From positions 1,963 to 65,962 of the forward strand of contig CBDUZS010000004.1 of NCBI GenBank assembly GCA_965371785.1: a stretch of 64,000 nucleotides of DNA, in the 5' to 3' direction. The DNA comes from an uncultured bacterium. Lineage in GTDB: Bacteria; Fermentibacterota; Fermentibacteria; Fermentibacterales; JCC-6. The position numbers and the translations under genes were made by a program. Positions within the stretch are counted from its first letter, which is position 1. Each line of letters begins with the position of its first letter. The notes under the pieces were generated by a model that was not told the origin of the DNA, searched no databases, and worked only from the letters and a program-made list of their open reading frames with translations. Below, in pieces: positions 36,499-48,015 of the stretch.

Positions 36499-39384
36499 GC
36501 GGCGCACATATTTCGTTTCCTCCACCGCAGGATTACAATCCAGCCAATCCCAGTCGATAGCATTGCCCTCCCGTACATGTGAGACCGAAAAGTAGCCAAC
36601 TCCGAGTGAGGTCATGTTCTGGAAGAAATGAGAGCCCTGAGAGGGTTCCACGTTCATATTTGTAAGGCTTACCTCGACAATCGAGGTCGCTCCGCAGATC
36701 TGGCTCCAGGTGACCGGTATACCCAGCCAGGAATCCGCTGATCCCCATCGACCGGGACCTATGAGGATGTAGGGAGTTCCAGCCGAGAACAGGCTGCTGT
36801 TCATTCGCGCTATCTCGACTGCGATATCCCGCGTGAGTGAAGCATCGAATGATTCCGGTCGAACGTAGACTATATCATGAATCGAATCGCTGACTCCGTT
36901 TCCGAGAACACTGTCACTCGTGCAGAACACCTGGTCCCTGTCAACGTCGCCGAGATCGACTTCGACCAGCTGCTCCGCCACGACCATCGGTCTGATCTGG
37001 AGAAGGGAGAATGTGGCCGGCAGCGGTTTTCTCCTGCCGAGTTCGACAGCGAATTCGATCTCTACCGGGCATCCCATCGCATGCTCACCCAGCTTCAGCA
37101 GCGTATCCGTAAGAGGGGCAAGCGGAAAGAGCTTGTTCTTGAGCACGTGGGCAAAGTTGATCACCCTTGGGCCTGCCCGGTTGATGCCGTCAACGATCAT
37201 GTCGTTATCGGCATCGTACGTGGAGGCAATGTAGTCGAGTGTCCCATCGGTTTCGGCGGAAGCAAGCTCCCGCGAAACCAGGAACTGATCTTCGTCTTCA
37301 ATGGATCTGTAGGTCGAATGATCCATGCTAATTGCGTAGAATTGCCTCTGGGAATCGTTGAGTGCGCTCCTGATCGTACCAAATTGCGGGAGGATTCTGG
37401 GATACTTCGGAGTGAACCTGAGGGATACCCCACCGTCAACGATTGTCTTCCCGAGCCCCAGGGCAACGTTTACAACTCCATCTTCGGGGTCAGCAGAACC
37501 TGTAGGATAGAAATTATACGAACGCCCCACTCCGGAGAAGTGCGGGTAGAATCCGCCGGGGAATTCGGATCCTGCCACTTCCTGTATCAGTATGGCCATC
37601 TTCTCCTCCTCGATCCTGTGATTCGTCGCCTCGATGTAGGATCGAGCAGCATGAAAGAAAGTGGATGCGTATACGAATTTAATCGAGGCTGCCAGATCGT
37701 TGAACCTCTTGTCGAAGGATATCGAATTATTAGGCAGCATCTTCGTGGTATAAATACCAGCAAATGGTTGACATAGCGCATCTTCCAGAAGACTGGAAGA
37801 TCTAACGGCAAGAGGTGTTCTCACCTCACCCAGGAAATCTCTCAGATCTCCCAGAATGACCGGGGGAAGATCTGCATTCAGAAACTGCCGAATTATGGAA
37901 AGATCTCGAGACGCATCCACAGCGAAACTGAGAAGGTCGTTCTGCATGATGAACTTGTCGAAGATATCGCTCGTTAGCACCAGTGTGCGTGGAATGGTCA
38001 CTGTCACATCCCTGAAACGACTTCCGTCGAAATTCAGGGCGAGTACGCGATCCAGGAATGCAAGGCCACGTCCCTTCCCTCCGATGGAGCCTCTGCCGAT
38101 TCTGCTGAACTGGGCATACTCCCGGTAGAATGTTCTACTGTAGGGAACGATCCTGCCCCTGTAGCTCTCCCTGCGGTATTCCCGGACAATACGGCTTGCT
38201 TCCCTGCGCAGTTCATCCCCGGCTGCACCGGAATCCTCTGTAAGGATATCCAGCCTGTCCGCTAGTTCGAGCTCCGTGTGTGATCTGAGCCATCTCGTCA
38301 TCTCTCCGGAACGGAGAGTAGAGGATACCGCATTCCCCGGGAGTTTATCGAGAGCAATACTCAGTGCTTCCAGGTTCGATACGCTGGTGATGCTCCTGCC
38401 GGAAGTATCTTTGAAAACAAGGCTTCCAAGACAGAACTTGCCTGCGAACTGTTCCCCTATATCTCTGAGCAGTGTTGGCGAACTTTTGGAAACGAATCCG
38501 GTCCCGAGTTCTTCCGCAATCAGTGAGGCATCCTCCTCGCTTGACTGTATCGATACCGGCATGCCCGGAAACCTGGCGCGGACGTATTCTATCAGATGGC
38601 GTCCCGCATCCGGATCGAGAACACCATCTCTCGGGAAACGAAGATCGGTAAAGAGCCCCAGGAGGTGTTTCCCATAATTGTCTACAAGCTGGATGGCTTC
38701 TTCGTAACAGGTGGCGAGAAGAAGTTTTGGCCTGGCCATTGCTCTCAATCTCCTGGAGGAATAGGAGACGTGCCCCTTCACTATCTCGCTTGTCTTGTCC
38801 CGTATCATCCCCAGCAGGCGGTGAATGTATCTCGAGTAGAAGAGGACGTTGTCCTCGACGAGAAGAAGGCTCAGGACACCACCCTGGCCGCTGTCGTGTG
38901 CAGCGTTCTTCATATCCTCTGCGAGCTGGATGATTCCGAGCAGAACTTCGCCATCGCCCTGCCAGAGGAAGACCCAGTCTACGGCATTGGTGTGATCCAG
39001 TGTCATGAACCTCTGCAGCTCGTACGTGTTGTAGGCAAGAACGGCAACGGGTGTGTCCGGTTTGAGTTCCTTCACCTTCCTGCCGAGAGTCACAGAATCC
39101 ATACCCTCTATCTGCATCATGCACACGACCAGATCGAATGGCTCACTCTCCAGCATCTCGAGAGCCTTCTCTCCCCCGGATACCTGGCTGATCGACGGGA
39201 AGTACCCCATCTCGTTTCTGCTGTACCACTGGGCGAGGAGATCGTTGAGTCGCCCATCCTCCTCGAGCATGAAGAAGTCGTACAGGCTGGAGACGAAGAG
39301 CACTTTTCTCACCTTGAACGGCATGAGCTGATGCAGCCTCGAGACGAATCTGCTGTCCAGCTGGAGGGAATCTGCCCCTGGCAC
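36403..39384 (-). CDS. Receiver-domain-fused PPDK_N (PEP/pyruvate-binding ATP-grasp) protein, convergent paralog
   Basis: Pseudo-REC plus REC (LLLVEDN .. LFTDLRF .. SIQSSEED .. VSKSSP). GKGRGLAFLD and VRSSSLLEDALCQPFAGIY. C-terminal ILIGPGRWGSADSWLGIP ... SQGSHFFQN. Confidence 0.7.
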   Translation of the reverse strand: MPGADSLQLDSRFVSRLHQLMPFKVRKVLFVSSLYDFFMLEEDGRLNDLLAQWYSRNEMGYFPSISQVSGGEKALEMLESEPFDLVVCMMQIEGMDSVTLGRKVKELKPDTPVAVLAYNTYELQRFMTLDHTNAVDWVFLWQGDGEVLLGIIQLAEDMKNAAHDSGQGGVLSLLLVEDNVLFYSRYIHRLLGMIRDKTSEIVKGHVSYSSRRLRAMARPKLLLATCYEEAIQLVDNYGKHLLGLFTDLRFPRDGVLDPDAGRHLIEYVRARFPGMPVSIQSSEEDASLIAEELGTGFVSKSSPTLLRDIGEQFAGKFCLGSLVFKDTSGRSITSVSNLEALSIALDKLPGNAVSSTLRSGEMTRWLRSHTELELADRLDILTEDSGAAGDELRREASRIVREYRRESYRGRIVPYSRTFYREYAQFSRIGRGSIGGKGRGLAFLDRVLALNFDGSRFRDVTVTIPRTLVLTSDIFDKFIMQNDLLSFAVDASRDLSIIRQFLNADLPPVILGDLRDFLGEVRTPLAVRSSSLLEDALCQPFAGIYTTKMLPNNSISFDKRFNDLAASIKFVYASTFFHAARSYIEATNHRIEEEKMAILIQEVAGSEFPGGFYPHFSGVGRSYNFYPTGSADPEDGVVNVALGLGKTIVDGGVSLRFTPKYPRILPQFGTIRSALNDSQRQFYAISMDHSTYRSIEDEDQFLVSRELASAETDGTLDYIASTYDADNDMIVDGINRAGPRVINFAHVLKNKLFPLAPLTDTLLKLGEHAMGCPVEIEFAVELGRRKPLPATFSLLQIRPMVVAEQLVEVDLGDVDRDQVFCTSDSVLGNGVSDSIHDIVYVRPESFDASLTRDIAVEIARMNSSLFSAGTPYILIGPGRWGSADSWLGIPVTWSQICGATSIVEVSLTNMNVEPSQGSHFFQNMTSLGVGYFSVSHVREGNAIDWDWLDCNPAVEETKYVRRIRLEYPVKVMIDGRSGRGVMLKRSSDLERIE

Positions 39385-39618
39385 TGTGCTGCTCCATCAA
39401 AGGTTCGGGAAATGTCGCGTTCTACTGCAGTCTGAAGCATACTGTAAGGCAGGAATTGTGTCATTGCCGCCGACACTCCCTGCCGATGTTCCTGCATGTG
39501 AAATCACCAACGTGATATTCACTTGACGAGAGTATGGTCACTGGAATAGGCTACTGCATCTGTCAGAATATACTGTTGGTTCAACCGTTCACATTCACCA
39601 GGAGGAGGTCACGGGTAA

Positions 39619-40971
<1,353 letters not shown>

Positions 40972-41000
40972 CAGGCCCGGAATCGGAACCGAGGGGCACG

Positions 41001-41033
41001 GAGTAACCGTGCCCCTTTCTCTTGGACCAGGGA
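41001..41033 (+). terminator. Rho-independent terminator after gdhA
   Basis: GGGGCACGG-AGTAA-CCGTGCCCC followed by TTTCTCTT. Confidence 0.7.
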
Positions 41034-41073
41034 CAGCGCCTGGCAAAGAGCTGTTCAGAGAAAAGGACTCGAG

Positions 41074-41472
41074 ATGAAAATGGAAATTCTGTTCCCCGGC
41101 GGCAAGAGAGTGGACGCCCTGTTCGATGGTTTCACGGTGCAGACGGATCAACCCGTCAGCTCGGGCGGGGAAAACTCTGCACCGGCGCCATTCGATCTCT
41201 TCCTGGCATCGATAGGCACGTGTGCAGGCATATACATTCTCTCCTTCTGCCAGCAGAGGAGTATACCAACTGAGGAAATCAGACTCGTGCAGAACAACGG
41301 CAGAAATCCCGAAACCGGGTTCCTTGAGATAGGAATCGATATAGTGGTTCCATCCGGTTTCCCCGAGAAGTACCGAAACGCCCTGATCAGATCGGCAGAA
41401 CTCTGTGCCGTGAAGAAACACATAACCGATCAACTCATCAGATTCTCGATTGAAACCAGCACGAAGGAATGA
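41074..41472 (+). CDS. OsmC/Ohr-family protein
   Basis: 132 aa with two conserved Cys (GTCAG ... ELCAV) in OsmC-like spacing. Confidence 0.6.
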   Translation: MKMEILFPGGKRVDALFDGFTVQTDQPVSSGGENSAPAPFDLFLASIGTCAGIYILSFCQQRSIPTEEIRLVQNNGRNPETGFLEIGIDIVVPSGFPEKYRNALIRSAELCAVKKHITDQLIRFSIETSTKE

Positions 41473-41504
41473 CAGGCTGTAAGATCTGTAACTGCCGGGT
41501 CGTT

Positions 41505-43862
41505 CTATCTGGTCAGGTACCCGATTGCCGAGTCGGTATTTCCATCCATGACAACCGACAGGCTTGCTCCATCGGACTCCATGGATACCTGAACTACCTT
41601 GATCTGTTTTGCCAGGTGCTTCGCGCCGGGAACGAGCTTGCACAGCCTGTTCCGTGACTTCATGAAGAAATCCTCGTTGAATATTATGCCTGGTTCGTCC
41701 GGGTACAGCGGCAGGTATATGATTCCCGCTTCGACCAGGTCCTGGAAGAAATGTGTTCCGAAAGACAGATCGGGCATGTACCCCTTCTTCATCCTGGCGA
41801 CTTCGATAAGCATTGCGGTGTTGTTGATGTCGGCGTAACCGACCTTGACGCCGAGTTTGATGTCTCCCCTGCTCCCCCACCTGCCGGGCCCAATCAGTAT
41901 GAATTTCCGCTGAGGCAGAACCTTGTTCAGCCTACCGACAACGTGTCCCACTTCAATGAGTTCTTCGAGACTTTCCAGCCTGTCGTACTCCACAGGGTCA
42001 ACGTAGACGACGAATTCGATGCCTTCACAGATGCCGGATGTAATGTACTTACCGGCGGTGAATACTATGTCCTCCTCGGGAACATCGTCCGGGACGACCA
42101 CCTCTCCGATTTCTCCGGAATAGCTCTGTGGTCTGCACTGGAGCAGGTAGGGAACCTGGATGTCATCGGCGTATGCGAATTCGACGTCTACGGGAACACC
42201 TATTTCCTTCTCCAGTATCTGGAGTATCGTCTGAATCAGCAGAGGGAACGGGCTTCTCGAGAGCAGGCGAGAGAATGTAATGACCGTTTCCTCGTTCTCC
42301 ACGTTGAAAAGGCTTCCCATCGGCGGAGAGAGGTTACCATCTTTGTATAGTGATATGATGTAAGAGAGAACGGGATAACTGCTTCCATGTGCCTTTACGA
42401 GATCGTCGAAGAGAACGGTCTCGAACCTGCGGTTTTCGAGATTGATCACGTCGATATGCTTCTGGGCATATCGAATCGTTTCCTCGGGTGTGACATTCAC
42501 TCTCAGACCCGGCTGTCCGGGGCAGAGAAGCATCGGAAAATCCTGACCCGTCCTGTCCACTGCCCTGGTTCCAAGGCCTGTAACCAGCCTTACTATTCCG
42601 TCCTCGCGCCTGATCCTGGGAGACCACCGGAACTCGTTCCTGCTGAAAGCTACACCTGCAAAAGCGGGGAAGTAGTACTTGCCGACCCGTTTTCCGACGA
42701 CTTCCTGGATGATGATTCCCATTTCCTCGTTGAAATCGAGAAGGCCGCGCTCCCTTCTGTACTCTATCGGGTCGGGACTGAACACACTTGCATAGACTTC
42801 CATTATCGCGTCTGCAAGCGCTTCCAGCCTTTCCATCTTGCTTCCGACGTTGGCGACGAAGAGGCTCTTGTATTTACCCGCAAAGGCAGACCCTACACTG
42901 TCTTCGAGCAGACTGGACGAGCGGACAACGAGCGGTACGTTTCCGAACTGATCGAGCGCAACGTTGAGCCCCGACATTATTCCCGCTGGCAGCAGAGAGC
43001 TCTTGAAGATCTGCCGAAGCAGACTGTACTCCTTTCTAAGCTCATCCGGATCGGAATATTTTATCGACAACAGTTCTTCGAGTGCATTGTGGTGGATGAA
43101 TTCGAAGATGGCATCACTGGATATGTACCATGTTTTGGGGACCTTCAGGTTCCTGAGAACGACGTTGTCTTTCCTGGCGGAATAGGATTCCAGTATCTTT
43201 TTCGCCCTGAACAGACCCGCTGCCTTTCCCCCGAGTCTGCCGCTGCCCGTGGCCGGGCCGATCGTGTGGTCGAGAACCTCGATGAAGTCAATAATTCTTA
43301 CACGGTTCTTGGTCGTGTTGATGTATGTGAGATCGGTACTGAACAGCCTCCTGATGAGAGCGACTCTGATTCCCATGCTCTCTTCCTTGTCGAGCACCTT
43401 GTGTGATTCGGGAAGAAGGGAGAACCTGTCGAGAGCCGCACTGAGCTCGACCAGAGGTACATCTTTCTGCTCTACCAGGATGGAGAGGAACCGTGTGCTT
43501 TCGTACCGGAGCCAGCGGGTCAGCATTGCGGATATCTCGCTCGAGGACAGTTCCTCCTCTGCGATCCTGAAAACCTCGCTGGTGAAGAACTCGATTGCGG
43601 AATGGTTGATCCTCGGCATCGGCTGGTTTTCTCCCCAGGCCGCACCCGTTTCGTAATCGTCAGGACTGTATACCAGCAGGCGTTCCATGACGTCGCTCAT
43701 CTTCTTCACGTTACGTTTGAACAGGTAGTTCATCATCTTCCGGCCAAGACGTTTCATGAGAATGGGATTGGTTTCGCTGAGAAGGCTGACGATCACCTTC
43801 CATTCAGGATCACTTCTCTCAGTGTTTTTCTTCCTGATATCGCGTTTGTCGGCATCGTGCAT
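41505..43862 (-). CDS. PPDK_N (PEP/pyruvate-binding ATP-grasp) domain protein without receiver domains; third paralog
   Basis: GGKAAGLFRA and VRSSSLLEDSVGSAFAGKY. C-terminal ILIGPGRWGSRGDIKLGV ... SFGTHFFQD. 785 aa. Confidence 0.7.
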   Translation of the reverse strand: MHDADKRDIRKKNTERSDPEWKVIVSLLSETNPILMKRLGRKMMNYLFKRNVKKMSDVMERLLVYSPDDYETGAAWGENQPMPRINHSAIEFFTSEVFRIAEEELSSSEISAMLTRWLRYESTRFLSILVEQKDVPLVELSAALDRFSLLPESHKVLDKEESMGIRVALIRRLFSTDLTYINTTKNRVRIIDFIEVLDHTIGPATGSGRLGGKAAGLFRAKKILESYSARKDNVVLRNLKVPKTWYISSDAIFEFIHHNALEELLSIKYSDPDELRKEYSLLRQIFKSSLLPAGIMSGLNVALDQFGNVPLVVRSSSLLEDSVGSAFAGKYKSLFVANVGSKMERLEALADAIMEVYASVFSPDPIEYRRERGLLDFNEEMGIIIQEVVGKRVGKYYFPAFAGVAFSRNEFRWSPRIRREDGIVRLVTGLGTRAVDRTGQDFPMLLCPGQPGLRVNVTPEETIRYAQKHIDVINLENRRFETVLFDDLVKAHGSSYPVLSYIISLYKDGNLSPPMGSLFNVENEETVITFSRLLSRSPFPLLIQTILQILEKEIGVPVDVEFAYADDIQVPYLLQCRPQSYSGEIGEVVVPDDVPEEDIVFTAGKYITSGICEGIEFVVYVDPVEYDRLESLEELIEVGHVVGRLNKVLPQRKFILIGPGRWGSRGDIKLGVKVGYADINNTAMLIEVARMKKGYMPDLSFGTHFFQDLVEAGIIYLPLYPDEPGIIFNEDFFMKSRNRLCKLVPGAKHLAKQIKVVQVSMESDGASLSVVMDGNTDSAIGYLTR

Positions 43863-44063
43863 TATCGGGTTACCCTCCGGAAAGATTCATTGTCGGTATC
43901 AGTAGTGTTTATGCGCTATGGCAAAGGCAATGTCCATGATACCGAAGTACTTTCTCGGAACAGATTTTCCGGTTGACCTGGCGGGTAGCATCGTCTATTA
44001 CATCCTTCTGCCCGAACGAGTCAATTGAGTATCAGACCTTATCTTTTCCTTTGAGGAGGGGTA

Positions 44064-45197
44064 ATGAAACTCGAGGAATTTCAGGCGAAATCACTTTTCA
44101 AGGCATCCGGAATTCCCGTTCCGGACGGCATTATGGTGACCACGGCAGACGATGCCGGAAAGGCAGCGGAAAAAATCGGCTGCCCCGTCGTCGTCAAGGC
44201 TCAGGTCCAGGCGGGCGGACGGGGCAAGGCGGGTGGAGTCAAAATCGCAAAGACGCCCGACGAGGCCGCTTCCCTTGCTGAAGACATCCTTGGAATGTCG
44301 ATCAAGGGTTTCCCGGTGGAGAGGCTCCTCATCGACCCCGCAGTTTCCATACAGGATGAGTTCTACGTAGGAATCACAATCGACAGAAGAAAGAAGGGGC
44401 CTGTCCTGATGGCATCCCCGGCCGGAGGTGTGGATATCGAGAAGGTGGCTAGAGAAACACCGGAAAAGATTTTCTTCCACACCATACATCCCATTCATGG
44501 CCTCAGACTCTTCGAAGCGAAAAAGGTTGCGTTCAAACTTTTTTCTGAGAAGAAGCAGGCGCTCACGGCTGCATCTATCATGACCAGGCTCTGGCAGTGC
44601 TTCAGGGACTCACATGCCTCTCTTGCAGAGATAAACCCACTGGTTCGACTCACGGACGGTTCACTTCTGGCAATCGATGCCAAAATCGTGCTAGATGACA
44701 ACGCGTTGTACTTGAATCCGGACCTCGAGAATATGAGACTCCCCTCCCTGGATGAACGGAAGGAACTCGAGGCAAAGGAGCACGGGTTGAGCTTCGTCAA
44801 GCTCGACGGTGAGATTGGCTGCATGGTAAACGGCGCGGGGCTTGCCATGGCTACAATGGACCTCATCAAGCACATGGGTGGTACACCGGCCAATTTCCTC
44901 GACATCGGAGGCAGCTCGAACCCGGACAAGGTTATCAAGGCAATGGAACTGCTCGTATCCGATCCCAACGTGAAGGCCATCTTCATAAACGTCTTCGGAG
45001 GAATCACCAGATGTGATGACGTGGCCAGGGGTCTCGTAACAGCGCTCGAGGTTGTCGGAACCGATCTTCCACTGGTAGTAAGGCTTACGGGAACAAACGG
45101 GAAAGAGGGAAGAGCGATTCTTGCCGATGCGGGAATCGAAGCATTCACCGACATGATGGAAGGCGCTGAGAAGGTCATCGGCTTGACCGTCTCATGA
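44064..45197 (+). CDS. sucC: Succinyl-CoA synthetase (ADP/GDP-forming) beta subunit
   Basis: Strong N-terminal match to SucC (EFQAKSLF.., VVKAQVQAGGRGKAGGVK). GGAGGGG RBS. Confidence 0.9.
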   Translation: MKLEEFQAKSLFKASGIPVPDGIMVTTADDAGKAAEKIGCPVVVKAQVQAGGRGKAGGVKIAKTPDEAASLAEDILGMSIKGFPVERLLIDPAVSIQDEFYVGITIDRRKKGPVLMASPAGGVDIEKVARETPEKIFFHTIHPIHGLRLFEAKKVAFKLFSEKKQALTAASIMTRLWQCFRDSHASLAEINPLVRLTDGSLLAIDAKIVLDDNALYLNPDLENMRLPSLDERKELEAKEHGLSFVKLDGEIGCMVNGAGLAMATMDLIKHMGGTPANFLDIGGSSNPDKVIKAMELLVSDPNVKAIFINVFGGITRCDDVARGLVTALEVVGTDLPLVVRLTGTNGKEGRAILADAGIEAFTDMMEGAEKVIGLTVS

Positions 45198-45220
45198 GCC
45201 GGGTCTGAAGGGAAATACAA

Positions 45221-46096
45221 GTGAGCATTCTAATAGATGAGAATACGAGAGTCCTCGTTCAGGGACTCGGGAGAGACGGATCCTTTCACGCCCAGCAGAT
45301 GCTCGACTACGGAACAAAGATCGTTTCGGGTGTGCATCCCGGCAAAGGCGGCTCGACAGTCGCATCCTTTCCGGTCTTCAACACCTGCACCGAGGCCCTA
45401 GAGAGCACCGGCGCGGAATGCAGCATCATTTTCGTACCTGCTGCATTCGCAGCGGACGCTATCCTCGAGGCTGCTAACGCCGGAATCAGACTCATCGTAT
45501 CCGTAAGCGAAGGAATTCCCATTCTCACGATGACCGAAGTCGTTCACGAACTCGATTCACTCGGGGTATCTCTCCTCGGACCGAATTGCCCCGGGTTGAT
45601 CTCCCCGGGCAAGTCGAAAGTCGGGATAATGCCCGGAAGCATCTTCCGCAGGGGAAACATCGGCGTAGTTTCGAGAAGCGGAACTCTTACCTACGAAGTA
45701 GTAGACCACCTCACAGCCGCCGGGCTCGGCCAGTCGACCGCGATAGGCATGGGTGGAGATCCCGTTGTCGGTCTTAAATTCATCGAATACCTGCAGCTGT
45801 TCGAGGAGGATCCCGAAACGGATGCCATCGTAATGGTAGGTGAAATCGGCGGAACCGACGAGGAAGATGCCGCTGACTTTGCAGGGCAAAACCTGTCCAA
45901 GCCGGTGGTGGGCTTCATCGTCGGCAGAAGTGCGCCTCCCGGCAAACGTATGGGTCATGCGGGAGCAATAGTCTCCGGTGGAACCGGCACTGCAGAGAAC
46001 AAAGTAGAAGCCATGGAGAGAAACGGCATTCCCGTTGCCGAAACGATAGTGGATATCGTGGATCTCCTGAAGCAGAGAATTGGAGGTTCCAATTGA
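45221..46096 (+). CDS. sucD: Succinyl-CoA synthetase alpha subunit
   Basis: [31 protein letters not shown] and GIGGDP motifs. A phosphohistidine loop is present. Confidence 0.9.
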   Translation: MSILIDENTRVLVQGLGRDGSFHAQQMLDYGTKIVSGVHPGKGGSTVASFPVFNTCTEALESTGAECSIIFVPAAFAADAILEAANAGIRLIVSVSEGIPILTMTEVVHELDSLGVSLLGPNCPGLISPGKSKVGIMPGSIFRRGNIGVVSRSGTLTYEVVDHLTAAGLGQSTAIGMGGDPVVGLKFIEYLQLFEEDPETDAIVMVGEIGGTDEEDAADFAGQNLSKPVVGFIVGRSAPPGKRMGHAGAIVSGGTGTAENKVEAMERNGIPVAETIVDIVDLLKQRIGGSN

Positions 46097-46938
46097 GAGA
46101 GCTGGATGTAGCACTGATCACATCCGCGATGAAGGACCTGTCCATCTCCTGCAACCTCTTTCTCGGCGACGATGTGAAGGACTCGCTCCGGGAAGCCTAC
46201 GAGAACGAGGAATCGCCTCTCGGCAGAGAGATTCTCGGGGTTGTACTGGAGAACCACGATATCGCCGCGGAAAAGAGTATGCCCCTGTGCCAGGACTGCG
46301 GGGTTGCGGTGGTATTCATCGACATCGGTCAGGATGTTCATCTCACTGGCGGTAACCTGGAAGACGCAATCAATGAGGGTGTCAGACGGGGATACTCAGA
46401 GGGCTATCTCAGGAAATCAATGGTATCTGATCCCGCCATCGACAGGAAGAACACGGGAGACAACACGCCGGCCGTGATCCATACCAGAATCGTTCCCGGG
46501 GAAAAGATCAGGCTTCGCTTCGCGCCGAAGGGCGGAGGTGCCGAGAACATGAGCGAGGTCAGGATGATGACCGCAGCAGACGGCATCGAGGGCATAAAGG
46601 ACTTCGTAGTGGACAGGGTGAAGAGATCGGGAGGGAACCCTTGTCCTCCGATGGTTGTTGGAGTCGGGATAGGGGGCAATTTCGAGAAGTGTGCACTCCT
46701 TGCAAAGGAATCTCTTTTCAGGACCCTGGGAGAGCACAACCCCGATCCGAGATACGCAGACGCCGAGAGGGAAATCCTCGATAGAGTGAACAAGCTGGGA
46801 ATTGGTCCACAGGGCCTGGGCGGACGAACAACAGCGCTTGCCGTGAACATCGAGTACATGCCATGCCATATTGCCTGCATGCCGGTAGCCGTGAACATAC
46901 AGTGCCATGCTCACCGGCACGCTGAGATAGAGATATAG
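46093..46938 (+). CDS. Class I fumarate hydratase / Fe-S hydro-lyase alpha (N-terminal catalytic) subunit
   Basis: CQDCG ... PKGGGAEN ... GVGIGG motifs of the FumA/TtdA-alpha family. The ATG overlaps the sucD stop. Confidence 0.75.
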   Translation: MRELDVALITSAMKDLSISCNLFLGDDVKDSLREAYENEESPLGREILGVVLENHDIAAEKSMPLCQDCGVAVVFIDIGQDVHLTGGNLEDAINEGVRRGYSEGYLRKSMVSDPAIDRKNTGDNTPAVIHTRIVPGEKIRLRFAPKGGGAENMSEVRMMTAADGIEGIKDFVVDRVKRSGGNPCPPMVVGVGIGGNFEKCALLAKESLFRTLGEHNPDPRYADAEREILDRVNKLGIGPQGLGGRTTALAVNIEYMPCHIACMPVAVNIQCHAHRHAEIEI

Positions 46939-46948
46939 GAGGCGCCCA

Positions 46949-47503
46949 ATGAAGACATTCGAGCTCACAACACCCCTGACCACCGAACAGCTCTCCGAGC
47001 TTCAGGTAGGCGACAAGGTTCTTCTCTCCGGTGAAGTGTTCACCGCAAGGGATGCGGCACACAAAAGGCTTGTCACACTGATTGAGGAAGGCAAGGAGCT
47101 TCCATTCGATCTCGAAGGCGCGGTGATCTACTTCGTGGGTCCGGCACCTTCCCGACCCGGGCAGGTGATGAACTCGGCTGGTCCAACGACCAGTTACCGG
47201 ATGGACTCTTTTACCCCTCTTCTCATGGACCATGGTCTCAAAGGAACGATCGGCAAGGGCTCGAGATCGCAGGAGGTCAGGCAAGCGATTGTTCGCAACG
47301 GCGGTGTGTACTTCGGCGCTGTTGGCGGGGCCGCTGCAGGAATAGCTTCAACCGTGAAGGAAGCAGAAGTAATAGCGTACGAAGACCTCGGTCCTGAAGC
47401 TGTCAGACGGCTCGTAGTAGAGAAAATGCCCCTCTTCGTAATCAATGACGTTCACGGGGGAGACCTCTTCGAGATCGGCGTATCACAGTACTGTTGTGAT
47501 TGA
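46949..47503 (+). CDS. Class I fumarate hydratase / Fe-S hydro-lyase beta (C-terminal) subunit
   Basis: GTIGKGSRS and VYFGAVGGAAA motifs of the FumB/TtdB-beta family. Confidence 0.75.
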   Translation: MKTFELTTPLTTEQLSELQVGDKVLLSGEVFTARDAAHKRLVTLIEEGKELPFDLEGAVIYFVGPAPSRPGQVMNSAGPTTSYRMDSFTPLLMDHGLKGTIGKGSRSQEVRQAIVRNGGVYFGAVGGAAAGIASTVKEAEVIAYEDLGPEAVRRLVVEKMPLFVINDVHGGDLFEIGVSQYCCD

Positions 47504-47532
47504 TAAGCCTTACAACCGGGCATCTTTGCCTG

Positions 47533-48000
47533 CTAGTTGTCCTGGTACCTTTCGGTGGAGAACCTGTAGCCGTCCGCAGATATGCCTGCACCCGCGCCGA
47601 ACAGCCACCGGGAGCAGCAACCTCCCCGGTCCTCGATGACAAGGAAGTTATACTCCACTCGAATCGAGAGGCTACAGGCAGCCTGGCCATCGTTTGTATC
47701 GACGATATCGGTAAATACCAGAGCATCATCGACCAGAACCATGGGAAGAGGTCCGTCTTCCCCTGCGATTTCACAGATATGATAATTGGTGCCAACGATT
47801 CTCCCGGTCACTTCGTACCTGCCATCCTCCCGGGGAAGGATCCTCAGCCAGCTTCTCTCGATCGTCGACTCTCCGGTAGCGATTGATGTAATCTCTTCAT
47901 CGTTGTAGTAGTACCCGCTGAAATCAATCACCCTGGAAGAACAGCCCGAGAGAGCGGCCAGCACGAACGGGAACAGCATCGCAAGTGTTCCTCTTCCCAT
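47533..48000 (-). CDS. Lipoprotein of unknown function
   Basis: Signal peptide plus lipobox LSGC. 155 aa. Confidence 0.5.
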   Translation of the reverse strand: MGRGTLAMLFPFVLAALSGCSSRVIDFSGYYYNDEEITSIATGESTIERSWLRILPREDGRYEVTGRIVGTNYHICEIAGEDGPLPMVLVDDALVFTDIVDTNDGQAACSLSIRVEYNFLVIEDRGGCCSRWLFGAGAGISADGYRFSTERYQDN

Positions 48001-48015
48001 AACATCACTCTCCGA

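Noticed and set aside
36877-39435. Plus-strand ORFs 36877..37776 (299 aa) and 38596..39435 (279 aa)
   Set aside because: They are antisense to the 993-aa PPDK_N/receiver gene on the minus strand, which carries clear domain signatures.
39385-39618. Possible sigma-70 promoter (TTGACG ... TATGGT) in the divergent region between the PPDK_N gene and gdhA
   Set aside because: The spacing and -10 match are poor. I did not annotate it as a feature.
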